A stretch of DNA of 64,000 nt from Blasia pusilla. Lineage: Eukaryota. The stretch lies in NCBI GenBank assembly GCA_050084515.1, contig CM114271.1:26970001-27034000 (forward strand). The letters are read 5' to 3'. The notes under the pieces are model-generated. The model did no database searches, was not told where the DNA came from, and saw nothing but the letters and a program-made list of their open reading frames with translations. Position 1 is the stretch's first letter. Every line of letters begins with the position of its first letter. Shown in pieces: positions 52,152 to 64,000 of the stretch. Made by a program: the position numbers and the translations under genes.

Positions 52152-54307
52152 CTATTGCCTCAAGCTTTCCACGATGTACTGCGCGTATAAATTCCTGCAG
52201 ATTAAAACAAACGACGATGTCAGTAAATTAGTCCCACAATTCGAACTTAACAAACATTTTACAAACTCACAAGCGCCATTGGAAATGTGGGGGTGGAATT
52301 TGGGACGAAATTTCGGTTTCGGGTTGTGCTACGAGGGAAAAGTGTCAGACCGAGTAGCGACGAGGCACATGCTTTGGGGAAGCAATCGCTTGAGAAGAGA
52401 TTAAATCAGTGCCTGAATGAATCAGTCATGCACTGCGACACTTGGTCACATTTCAGACTTTGAGATCAACACAAAAACTTACATTGAGTGACCAATAGCT
52501 TCGATGGCGTTTTCGCAACCCAGGAAATCGTTGACTGCTACCTCCTTATTCTCGTTTTTCTTATCTGAAATTTGAGGCATTAAGGATGTGTGCAATCGAT
52601 CGCGAGACATTTTGTACTACAGTAGGGCGCCTACGAATAAGCAGTCACAAAAAACCCCAAAGCCCTGTGATAGGTTTCCAATATCTCACGATAAATTCTC
52701 ACGCAAGCAAACCTTTCAGCAAGGATACAGTCCTCAAAGAAGCGACGAATTTCCGCCAGTCTGTGTGGTGGAAGCTCGTTGATGTCCTTGTAATGACGGA
52801 ATTCAGGATCATCGGCACACACGGCGATGATCTTGTCGTCCATCTCGCCCTAAACGAACAGGAAACCATGAGAATTGTCATTGTCAATTTTGCCACTTTT
52901 GTCCACAGGTGAAGGATGCATCTGTGCAACAAAGAAGCAGACACTTCCAGTCGGGAATCCTCCTATTACAAATCGTTTAGTTCGATTCATTTTTTGTAGC
53001 ACCAAACCAAAAGCCGTGAGGAAAAACTCACCTGGTCGATCATAGGCATGAGCCCAATGGCCCGGGCTCGTAGGAAACAACCAGGAACAACAGGCTCCTG
53101 ATGACAAGTAAGAGATCCCCATCATCAGATATACACTGCTCATAAGAGATGTCATTAATGGAAACGTGCAAATTTCGGTAAATGAGATCTCTTGTGCCGT
53201 GTGAAATACCGGTCACAAAAGACCTAGTCGTACCCAGCTACGTCACAAATCCCTCTTCGTACCACAATAATAGCACATTCACCGTGTACAAATCTTTCAG
53301 GACGACTTTTCTCCAGTATTCTCCCTTCTAAGTTCTTACCTGCATCAGCACCAAAACATCCATAGGGTCGTTGTCCTCGCAGAGTGTACGGGGAATGAAC
53401 CCGTAGTTGTGAGGGTACACGACAGAGGAGTAGAGAATACGGTCCACCTGCATTGATGGTCACGAGTGGGCATTAACGACATGAATAATCACAGCTATGC
53501 AAGGAAAAATTCCTGGAATAAATAAATCATGATCCTAAAAGTATAAATGGTACACTTACCTTTATGAGTCCACTCTTCTTATCGAGTTCGTACTTCACCT
53601 TGCTTCCCTTGGGAATTTCTACCACCTGAAACAATTGAGAGTCTGAGACACCCTAAAACTTAAGGTTTCTTATCGGTGGATTCACCAATTCACATGAAGT
53701 CAGCTACTGTTTCGGACTGAGAGATGTACTACAACAGAAGTTCGAAGTCCCTTACAGACATGGTACAACCGGAGAAAGATTCAAAGTCCAGTGATCAGTA
53801 GTTCAAATTAGCTGGCTTATTGCACCCTAAGAACTGATGAACAGATAAAGGAAGAGAAAACACAACCACACTGTAGTCCCAGATAAGAGAGAGCAAGGGA
53901 AAGAACGAAAACGCACGCAGTTGAAGATCTTTGGAGCCTCCGGACCTGAACATGAATACCCACACGCTTCCAGTCAGATGATGTCGGTACAAACAAACTT
54001 CAAGGATAGCCTATTTACGAAATGTCCAAGATCGCTAAAATTTCAAAAGTCACCCGCCAGTTCCAAAGTTTTAACGACAGCAATTGGCTCCTGGAACAAT
54101 CAATGAAAATACCAAAAAAGAGAAGGCATTACCAATTTCAAGATCATGCCACGGATGTGCAGCAACAGATCTTCGAGTCATGGAAGTCATAATTCTCTTG
54201 TTGAGAGACGTGCTGCCTATGCGAGGGTAATTAAGGGGATGAAGCTGCGTCTTGGAAGGAACAGGGGGCACGGGCGCGGGCGCGGGCGCTGGTTGGTTAT
54301 CAGCCAT
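52152..54307 (-). CDS. PPA: Soluble inorganic pyrophosphatase (plant cytosolic family I PPa), 8 exons, 229 aa
   Basis: Exons 54307-54133, 53945-53917, 53625-53560, 53447-53340, 53097-53032, 52849-52729, 52564-52483, 52194-52152, totalling 690 nt in frame. Motifs: [70 protein letters not shown]. Confidence 0.96.
52565..52728 (-). other. U12-type (minor spliceosome) GT-AG intron in the PPase gene
   Basis: 5' splice site GTATCCTT and branch-site-like TCCTTAAT shortly before the CAG acceptor. Confidence 0.85.
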
Positions 54308-57300
54308 GTTTCAACAGCAACTCGCGTCCCTTCTGTGGTATAACAGCCCCCTTCCCGTTCCCTTTTCGCTGCAGAAGTATCGTACTCCCGAGAGTTAGTC
54401 ACAAATCGTAGCAGAAGTACAAAAATTTCTCCATGACTTCTAGATGCGGAAAGACTGAAAGGTTATGAATCAGCAACTCTTCGTACACAGCATATGCTAC
54501 CAACAAACAACCTCCGTGTCGCAAGGTCTTGGACCGGGTCTTCGTCATGTGACGCAATGCGAATTTTCCTCGAATTTGTTTTACTTCAGTACAACATACG
54601 TCTGCAACGCCTATATCCTAAAATTGGCCAGTTTGAAGGCTGAACAAGAGGGCGTTCCAATTCTGCTGAAATCAGAACGATCAGAAGAGGAGACGTGAAA
54701 AAATAACTTACGCTTAACACTCGAATTCGTTCGGAGGGTTATGATTCTTCTTTCCTACACTTTCATTGATCTAGTGTGTCATGGAATCAGCTACATTTGT
54801 GAGACTAGACTTCAATTTGTTGCGGCATTCTGACAAGCCGGCGTTACAAACTTACAATAGAAGTTAGCAAGCACGCCACGACTTTACACTTCTTGAACAG
54901 CTTGACAGGTCTGATCGGACGAAAATGGCGCACTCTTTGGCAGAAAAAAAAACACTTCCTTGCAGACCTCTGTCAACCAGTTTACCAGAAATGTTTGACC
55001 GCGATGTCAACACTGTTATCGATCCCAACAGTTTTCGTTCAGTCTTGTTCAATCACCACGCAGCTCTCAAGATTTTCTCTACCATCTTATTAGAGATAGC
55101 TGAGCAAGATCGCGATCGCGAGGTCAAACTCCACGCAGTTGCGCCACAATCCACGGCGATGCAGCACATCATCGGGGGAAGATCGAGGTACCAAAAAAAA
55201 TTAGAGCATACATGAACTTCAGTACAAAGCCTACGAGAAAGCGTGCCGCAGATTTGAGCAAGACGTCCGAGGATAACACTCAGAAAAACGATGCTCACAG
55301 ATTCGCAACATTACCTCCACAATCCTAGCGGCGCCTCTCAACCGCGCGTCAGCTCCTCGGCTTTTCCGATCCAAGAAAATCACCGGCGTGCTAAGCCTAC
55401 TCGCTCCACCGTCTAGTCCGGCCTGACATGTGCTTGCTCCTGATGAATCGATCTGCTCTCCCGAGAGAAATTTATTTATGCAGAGACACACAGAGCCCAT
55501 CTGCCGAGAGCAGCACGGCTCCGCAGGTGGTGCTCTCGTCAGTCCGTCTGGTCTGGGGCGTCGGCCATGGACGCCACAAAGCACACACGCCCCGAAAGAA
55601 TCCTTCGCTGCGTGGGAACGTGCGCCTCGACGGACAGATGTAGGAGGGGTTCGGAAGTCCGTAAGAGCCGGGACCTGCCGGGTCACGCCAGGCCCCCTGC
55701 GTCGGCGCGGGCCCACGCAGCTCCGGGGTCATAATACAACGGCTTCCGGCCCCCCGGGCTCGGGAAATCGCCGCGCCTCCGCGACCCTGACGCGGTGACC
55801 TTCCACACCCGGTTCCCCACCTTCTATTATAGGTCGTCTCGGAATGAGCCTCGTATCACAGCCGTCGATCTTAGCGAGTCGTAAATTCGGTCGTCGATGG
55901 AGTGAATCTTCGACTCCGCAGGAAGACGGCAACCGGCCCCGTTCTCGAGGGACCGGGCCTCAAAGTACCGCTGCCGGGAGCCGTAAAAGCAGGACGCCGT
56001 ATATAATTAACGGCTGGAATGGCCGAAAAAGACCCCCAGGCACGAGTGCTTTGCATGGATGCTCTCTCCCTCTCTCATCGTACCGCCCATAGCGAGTTGC
56101 CGAGGTGCGAATCTGATAATGATACTCGAATCTTTTCATCGTGATCGTCGGATTAGCTGCGACGTTTTGCTTCCACGATGTGAACTGAAGGCTCGTTTGG
56201 AAGCAATGATCTCGTCAACCGCCTCTCGCATACGGGTCCTCTCATCACGTTCAAAAGGCCACCAGCTGTTCCGAAACATGCTCGGGCTTTGGCCTTTCCC
56301 CGTGGCAGCTTGTGGTTTCGGTTACTCTTTTCCATCCGGAAACTTCTCCTTCTCCTTCTCCTTTTTTTCTTTTGGCATTTTACTCTGTCACGTCCACAAT
56401 ATTACGCAAAAAGGAAAATTTTATTACGAAATAAATAAAGAGTATAGTTCACGTATAGCCGGTGAAGAGAAGAGTTAATAATGGTGACATCATTTCAAAT
56501 TTTTTATTGTCCGTAGCATGCCAAATATTTTCTAGTTGTCCAGTGGAAAAAATAAAATTGGTTGCAAATCAAAAAAGCATTTTCCCGTGATAATATAAAT
56601 ATAAATTTGTAGAATAGAATGCCATTAAGGTGCCTTTTAGACATGGTCTTTTTTAGATTTGTTTATAGTCAATGCGTGTTCTTTGATTTTATTGAACGTC
56701 TTCAAACTTCTCCTTTTTCACTTTGGCGGATAGGGGGCTTTAGCTGCGCTTATGAATTTGTTTCATTCCTCTTAGGAATTTGTTTCATTCTCTCAAATGG
56801 GGCTTTTCCTTTCCTTTTTGGCTTGGCTCCTCTTAATGTTTTTTTACAGTTTTCTAAATCCATGGTACTTTTTCTCATCTTTACTTTTACTTGATGAGCC
56901 CCTCTTCAATAAAAACACCCTTTCACATGACGTAATTAAGTTTTCAACTATGCTCTCTCTTATGGGCATGAATCAATGCCAAATTTGAAAATTTGGGCTT
57001 AGGTATGCAATTTTTTTCTTTGAAGTTTCAAATTGTTCACCAAATCAACTTCAACACTTCCTGAAAATTGTAAATAAGGAATAAAAATATTTTGAAAATT
57101 AAAAATAATTTTATTTTATGGAAAGCCTTGAACAAACCAAAACACCGCACACCTTCATTAATCCGAAAATTTCTTATTTTTAATTTAAAAATAATTAAAT
57201 TTTCATGGTGCATCTAATTTTGAATTCTGAAAATGAAAATACTCTTCTTTGTACAATTTTTATAATTTATTATATATTATAATAATTTCCCATAAATACT

Positions 57301-57881
57301 AGATAAATTATTTCCTATTTTTCCTGTCCCAATTATAAAGGAGAAAGAGGAAAAACATATGTCTCTCGTTTCCAGAAAAAGATATTTTCTTTTAATACAT
57401 GTATAAAAATTTTGGTTCATAGGTTTGTAATCGTAGTCAAATGATCTTGGTTTCCAAGAAAAAACCAAAACTTCCACCCGATTTTTTATTTTTCTTGGAA
57501 ACAAATACTATTTTAAAAATAGTTCCTTATTACTTCTTACAAGGCTTCTTGAAATCTAAAAAATAGCTAATAAATCCATTATGTTATGTGTAAGTATGTC
57601 TATACTTAGAAGGTACCCTTATTCGTACTAGAATTTTATGACCATTTTCTTTGTCAATTGTTAGGAAAGTGGGGCTAAGAAGGAAAAGAGAGAAAAACAT
57701 TTCTTCGGTCAAAATGAATAGAATATTTGATATTCTCAAGAGAAGAATTACGTATAAGGATTAAGGAGAGAAGATAAAAAAAAATTCTCCCCTAAATAAC
57801 AAGGTGGGGCCTAACAGAATTTTTTTCCCCAAAAGGAGAAAGTAAAACAAGGAATTTTCCAAACAAAGAAAGTTGGAAGGA

Positions 57882-58413
57882 TGTCGTGCGCATACATATG
57901 GCTACACAACATACATCGCTGGTCACATCTACACCACACAACACCGATCTTCCTACACACGGGTCCTAAAACTCCACTCCTCAATCTACATCGACATATT
58001 GAGCCTCGTCCATCCTGTGCTATCAAGGAATCCGGACACTAGCACCCTAGTCCTATCTCACACATATTCAAGAAAGGTGCTCCAAGGGTCCAACATGAGA
58101 AAGATGGCTTAGGAAAGCCACCTTCCTCTCTTCTATATAGGGTTGGGAAGAGCCTTTTGGCTCTTCCCCTAAAAATAGCCCTCCCCTTGGTAACCTGCGC
58201 CCACAGGTTACCAGGGGCGGGTGACCCGGTCAACAAGTCACCCGGCTCTGAAAGACCTCAACATGAAAGTTAACAGAAACGACATTCTTGACACAATGGA
58301 CCTATCCTCAACCTCATCCGACACCGTGGGACAAAGTTACACTCAAGATTGTCCGCTGGCTCCTACGCCCTATCCACGATAGATCTGGACCTATCGGCTA
58401 CTTAGATGTGATA
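57882..58413 (-). mobile_element. Solo LTR of the remnant-C subfamily, TSD AGGA
   Basis: 57956-58413 aligns by eye with 38093-38526. Termini are TGTCGTGCGCATACA...GATGTGATA (CA changed to TA). AGGA lies on both flanks. Confidence 0.85.
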
Positions 58414-61268
58414 AGGAGGATTGATGTGGGGAAAGAAGAGAGTTAAAAGTGGCAAATATGAATGCATATGAGGATGGGAAGGGAAATTAATTTTTTGTCA
58501 ATACATTGATGGTTACGAGTACAAGATTTTTCTCCTAAATCAAAAAGGTGAGGAGAGAGGTTTTTTTTAATCACAAGGTGGTACCAAGGTCGTGCATTGA
58601 TAAAGTTTGTATTTGTAGACTTTTCCAAGTCTACATACTTATTCACGATGTAAAATACCTCACAGTCAATCTCACAGCCTCCATCACATACTACGACCCC
58701 CACTCCCATCCCCCCCAACTTTTTCCATGTCTTGTATTTGCACCCTCCTTGGCACCTCAATTGCATCCTCAGCCCTTTCGGCCCCTGTTGTCTTCCCTTC
58801 CCCTTCGTCACACCAACCCACCCAATCCTCCCATCCCTTGGCAAGCACTTGCCATAGTTGCTAATGGAAAAAGTTCGTGTCAGGACTTCCAAACCTATGT
58901 GATGTGATCTGAGTTCCATTTTTTTCTTCCGGGGGCAGGGAATAGACGTCTATAACTCTATGGACAAGACCACACCAAGGACAACTAGAATAATTTGTAT
59001 GAAGGGAAAATCGAAAGAAGTGGAAGTTTAGGGAAAATCACATGAATATAGTAGCAAAGGGAGGTTGAGAATTTTCTCATCTCATTTTCCAAATGAAGAT
59101 AGGAGAGTTTCGAGAAATTGATTCCCAAGTAAGGAAGAGGGGGGAATTTATTTCAAAATAAGGGTAGAATTTATTTCAAGATAAGGGTACGGGAGTCCTT
59201 GCCCTTTCAAAAAAAAGAAAAATGATCAATTTAGGAGATAGGGTGGAGGTTTTTACTCATGAATAGTGGAGTGTGGGGAGGGGTTTTTAAATTAGAAGGG
59301 GATTTTAGTAAGGGAGTGAGAAAAAGCAAATAGTGATTTTTAAAATGAGGTAATAGGGGTGCAATTTTTTTCATGCACCACACAAACATGCATAGCAATA
59401 AGAGATGTGACATGTTTTCCCTAAGAAATTTCATATGTGTTACAATATGATTTTCCTCCTCACTTAATGAGTAATAATGACAATTGATGTAGAGGGAAAT
59501 ACTAATTTTCATTAAAAAAAAGAAAATAATTGCTTATGGTTCGATGACGGATCTAAGGGCCACTTTTTAAAAGGGAAAATTTTTTCACATATTGTGACAG
59601 TTAGATAGTCTCAAATCAAGAAAAGTATGAATAAGAGATAATTTTTAGAAAAATCTATGGACATACAAGAAAATATTAAAAGTACCCATATAGATCACAC
59701 AAATAGAAATACCATGAAGAGATTGTCTTTCATTTTATAAAACTCCTTACACCGGTAGCTTGAGCAATTAAATCTTAAGCCAATCTTAAATGAATGATAG
59801 ATTTTGGTAGTAAAACAATTATTGTCAATGCCAATTTCGAAAATGCCCAAATTGATCTTCAATAATTTCTATTAGACTATAGGAGGTGGCTAACACACAC
59901 CCCATCAAGGTGATTCACTATGAAAGTAACAGCCCACCATAAAAGTGTGCATGATACTCATAGGCTCCTCCATATTGGCTAATACTTATGACCAAAGTTA
60001 CCAAAGGCGAGCCAACATGGAACATCAAAAATCCAATGGGGTTATACTAGGATGGAAGCACAAACAAATTTCATGAGTGAAACACAATTTACAAAGCAAG
60101 ACAAGAGCCTTAATGGGCCTCTCAAATGGTAGGGACTGGGACCTAGCAAACGAGAACTAAATGTCAAGCGGGACTTGAGAATCAAGTCAAGAGATACTTC
60201 TACTGGTCAATCTTTTTCACAACGGGAAATTACAAACATGTATACCGCCTCTTTAAATTCCGTCATAGTACACCTCTGGAACATTCATAACTTAAACATT
60301 GCAATAAGTAGTCAGAAACCAGTAGAAAATGCATTTTTGGAGCTCGAAGTCATTGTGATTGTCGAGGAAAATAATACCCCCGGCAAATCATCTAAACTGA
60401 TCTTGGGACTTGTTAAATCTTGTCTAGTGAGTTCATTTCCTGGTCAAAACACCTATGTCTCTCAAGACATATTAACATGTTAGCACATTAAGAATTCACT
60501 AACAGTGAGAACTGTTATACAGAGTTACACGTCCTTGGTTATTGCAAGGGTCATAGACATGTAAACTGCCTGCTTAAATCCTCAAATAGTTTAGCTCTAG
60601 AATTTATAACTTAAACATTGCAGTCGCAAGAATTGGGTACAAAGGGAACTCTAACCTAGCTTGGAACTTGATTGAGCGTTTAGGGGTTCTCTATTTTTTA
60701 TGTCATATTAACTAGACCCAAAATACGTTTGGGACAAATAAGATGACATTGAATTTTTTTTAAAAAGCTAATTCCAACGTATCAAAAATTCTAGACAAAC
60801 GGATGACAAAAGATCTAGAAATCATTTCTAAACTATCAAAATGATAGTTGGGTTGAAGGCCACAGAGAGCAGCCCAAGAGGACTTCCCTAAATGTAGGGA
60901 GGGTTGGGGATCTCTAGAACTAAATATAAGGGAGAAGATCTCAAAGGGTGTTTGGAACTTGAATCCCACCTTAGAAACCATGGATATGAATTAAGAGATT
61001 GGCATTGGGATTGACACAAAGCAAAGTCTAGATGGAACAAATATGGACACCAACCTCGGACCTTCATCTGTGACTCAGATATGAAGTCTCGGTTAGAGGC
61101 TCGTTCAAGGTCCATTCGGTAGTTGGGAGTGTCATATGCACTAGAGCCCTTTTAGGTTCCCAAACTATCAAGGAATTATGTCCCAAGTTTTGAATGACTT
61201 GCTTGGATTGGGGAGTGAGGGGTTAGATCTGTCTCTCACCCGTCTAGATTGATTGACCTTGAAGAGCG

Positions 61269-61892
61269 TGTCACATCTTTCACGATAGATCGGTGAGATC
61301 TAGTAGACCGCCTTCGTGAGTAATGGAGGACAGGCTCAGTAGGTCGAGGATGACCTGTTGAGGCCCCGGAAAACCTGAGAGAGCAGGTTTCTCCTTCGTT
61401 TCGGCTCATTTGGAACCATATTGAGGAACTTACTATTTTAGGTAATTTCCATTTTGAGTATATGATCGATTTTCTATTTTTGGTAAGTGACCCTTGACCT
61501 CCTACATCAGGTCAAGAGCCAAGGAGGTGACTTGGGAGAATAGGTTACTATAGAGAGAGCTTGGGAGAGGGGAGGGGTATACCTCAAGGAGAGAGAGCTT
61601 GAAAGCTCATTCTCTCTTTGTTGAACCTCTTGGCATGAGGCGGCGGAACTATGGTCCCTTGTCTTGTGAGTGTAACCCAAGCCTCTCATTAGGAAAGTGG
61701 GTTTAGTTTGACATGAGAGAGAGTGCACACCTTTGAGAGCTATGGTGTAAGATGGTGTAGAGAGAGATTGGATCTTACTTTATTGGAGATATTTTAGTAC
61801 TTCTTGTCTCGTTATTTGGATGCCATGAGTTAGCATGGGATCGTGCGTGTTTGTGTGTGTGTTCGATGACATCGATGTGTATGCGCACGACA
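61269..61892 (+). mobile_element. Solo LTR of the remnant-A subfamily, TSD AGCG
   Basis: TGTCACATC...TGTATGCGCACGACA termini. AGCG at 61265-61268 and at 61893-61896. Homologous to 11700-12211. Confidence 0.9.
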
Positions 61893-62979
61893 AGCGGCTC
61901 GAGATTAAGATTCAAGAGATCGAAGGCAGGTTGACCCAAACTTTGGCAAATATGAATTCTTTTGGGTATAAGGAGAGTGTGACATATTGAACGCAAGCTT
62001 CCACAACACATAAGACGGGCGCTCAAAGGAGTAGGCACACGATAAATACCCTAAGTAGTAATGATCAAGTATCCCTATAGTTTGGATGTATTGGCTAAGT
62101 TTGACCTTCAAAAGTCTTCATTGTACGAGGGGTTTAGGATGGCTCAAATAAAAACTTATGGTAATTTTTATGGTTGGACAAAAAAATGATTATAGTTGTT
62201 ACAAAAAAACGTGTGGATTTTCGTCAATATTTTATCTTTATTTTTAATTAAAATTTCCATGATTCGAATGAAGAAGAAATCATCTTTCCATTGGCTATGG
62301 AAAATTGATATAATTGTCATAGTCTACCTCCCTAGGTACCTCATTCACCAAGCATATGAGTGGCCATAACTTTCACATATTGAATTTGCTTTAGGTAAGT
62401 TTTGAGTCAGCTTAACTAGTACGGTTGTATTTACATATGGTTGAACCTCCATGACATATGAATAAGAAACCTTAGAAGAAAGCACCTTGATATTCTTCCC
62501 GAAGATTAATTTTCAATTGAGAGGTTAACGAAAGCAAGAATCATTCTCAATCACGACAAACCTTATATACCCCAAGAAACTCAACCTAATCACTTACTTG
62601 CTTAATGACAATATGGTGTTTTCTTGTGATTTCTTCAATGGTAATCATTCTTATTTAAAATTTCTCTTAATTGAAATAGAACTATCCATTTTTATTTTTA
62701 TTTTTATTTTTATGATTCACATACCAGTAAATCTTGCACATGAATTAAAGGGATTTAATTTAGCTTAAGGCTTATCCCTAAAAAATTTATCCTATTTATT
62801 ATTTTGTTTAGTATTTATTTTTATTACCAAAATATAAATTCTTCATTTGATGATTGCTCAAAGCAACCCATGTGCTTGTTAAGATGTAAATAATATTTTG
62901 AAATTTTTCATTATCCATTATAAAGGATGAGTCTTAGAAAATTTATCAAAAAGAAAAGAAAGTTTAATCCAATCATTGT

Positions 62980-63700
62980 GTAGGGTTTACTATGCAACCA
63001 TATCTATCATGGTCAAGTTAAAGGCAACCCTATTCCGCATCATGGATCGACTACTTGATACCTAAGATATACAATGTTGATATGGAGGTTACAAGGCCAT
63101 CGCCAAGCCTCATACCACTCAATCTGGCCACCCATGTGCAACTCACGGATGGCTTCAACTTGGGATCCTAGTAGAAAACTGCTAAATAAGCATAACTTGT
63201 GGAAAACGACTCTCATACTCACACACAACCATGGCGAACGAAATTTTTCAATGAGAGCATAAGTGGAGGTTGGTTCCCTTCTCAATTATATAGGGTATGT
63301 ACAAGAAACCCTGACCCTAATCTTAACCATAGTCTTAAGTTAGACTAATTGTGATTAACTAACCCTAGTTAAGATAATCATGCTTAACTCACTAACCAAG
63401 ATTAAGCTTCCCTACTTTGTGTGAGTACCAAATATAGCAATTGGGATGTCTGATGAGCTTGAATGTAACTCAATATTCAATAGGTTACCCTCCCCCACAA
63501 CCCAAAATAGAGCTCTTGATTTTCATGATCAAAGTGTCTCGACAGGCCAAAGCCATCCGATCAATAGAATCCCAAGGCGTACGCTTCTTGAGACCGCACC
63601 AATGATAAAACCATGAAGGGGCCCACTCAAGCATGTGGTGAAAAGAGCACAATTAGCCTTGGGGACGAGATCAAGTAACAAGGTGATATTATTGAGGGAA
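62980..63700 (-). mobile_element. Possible decayed 3' end of another gypsy element (integrase tail, PPT, LTR)
   Basis: The minus-strand peptide scrap VGPFMVLSLVRSQEAYAL resembles the GPF/Y motif. It is followed by the purine tract GGGGGAGGG (about 63488-63496). Confidence 0.35.
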
Positions 63701-64000
63701 TGCTAGTGGACGCAAGTTTGATGCATGGGTTATTGATTTTTGGAGACTACTATTGCTTGTAGAGTTGTAAATACAATTTCTATTGTTATTTGGCCTTCTA
63801 TCAACACACTCAACTTTTTTTAATTACACAAAGTATTGTACATGCATGTGTTTCTACCTTTGAAATGCTCCAATAGATGTCGATGAGACTCCAATGGATT
63901 GAGTGTATCAAGGCAAGGACGTAATAGGAGGGATTTGAACAGAGACGTAGTGGACGTCCATGTGATGCCTAGGTTAATACTCGGAAATTTAAATTACCCA

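Noticed and set aside
55231-56092. Several overlapping ORFs in a GC-rich island
   Set aside because: Low-complexity Arg/Pro/Gly frames, better explained as the promoter and 5' leader of the PPase gene.

Overview
Nuclear DNA of a land plant. A bryophyte-like lineage is inferred from gene and TE style, not proven. Five intact spliced genes can be reconstructed by hand with consistent reading frames: a FAM86/EEF2KMT-like methyltransferase (-), plastid SufB (+), an unusual three-thioredoxin-domain PDI-like protein (+), an equilibrative nucleoside transporter (-) and a soluble pyrophosphatase with a U12-type intron (-). Intergenic space is mostly decayed TEs. These include many pieces of one Ty3/gypsy lineage (four internal fragments plus LTRs with shared termini and 4-bp TSDs), an intronic LINE, mini-Helitrons, a CACTA transposase scrap and a plastid-type trnQ fragment. 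The most striking signal is in the largest gypsy copy (about 31.8-38.5 kb). It carries, in frame within pol between protease and RT, a segment resembling the C-terminal part (motifs IX-X) of a DNMT3/DRM-like cytosine methyltransferase. Another copy with the same LTR termini ends its integrase in a decayed PHD finger. Together these suggest an LTR retrotransposon family that once encoded both a chromatin writer and a reader. All family assignments come from motif recognition by eye; no searches were run.
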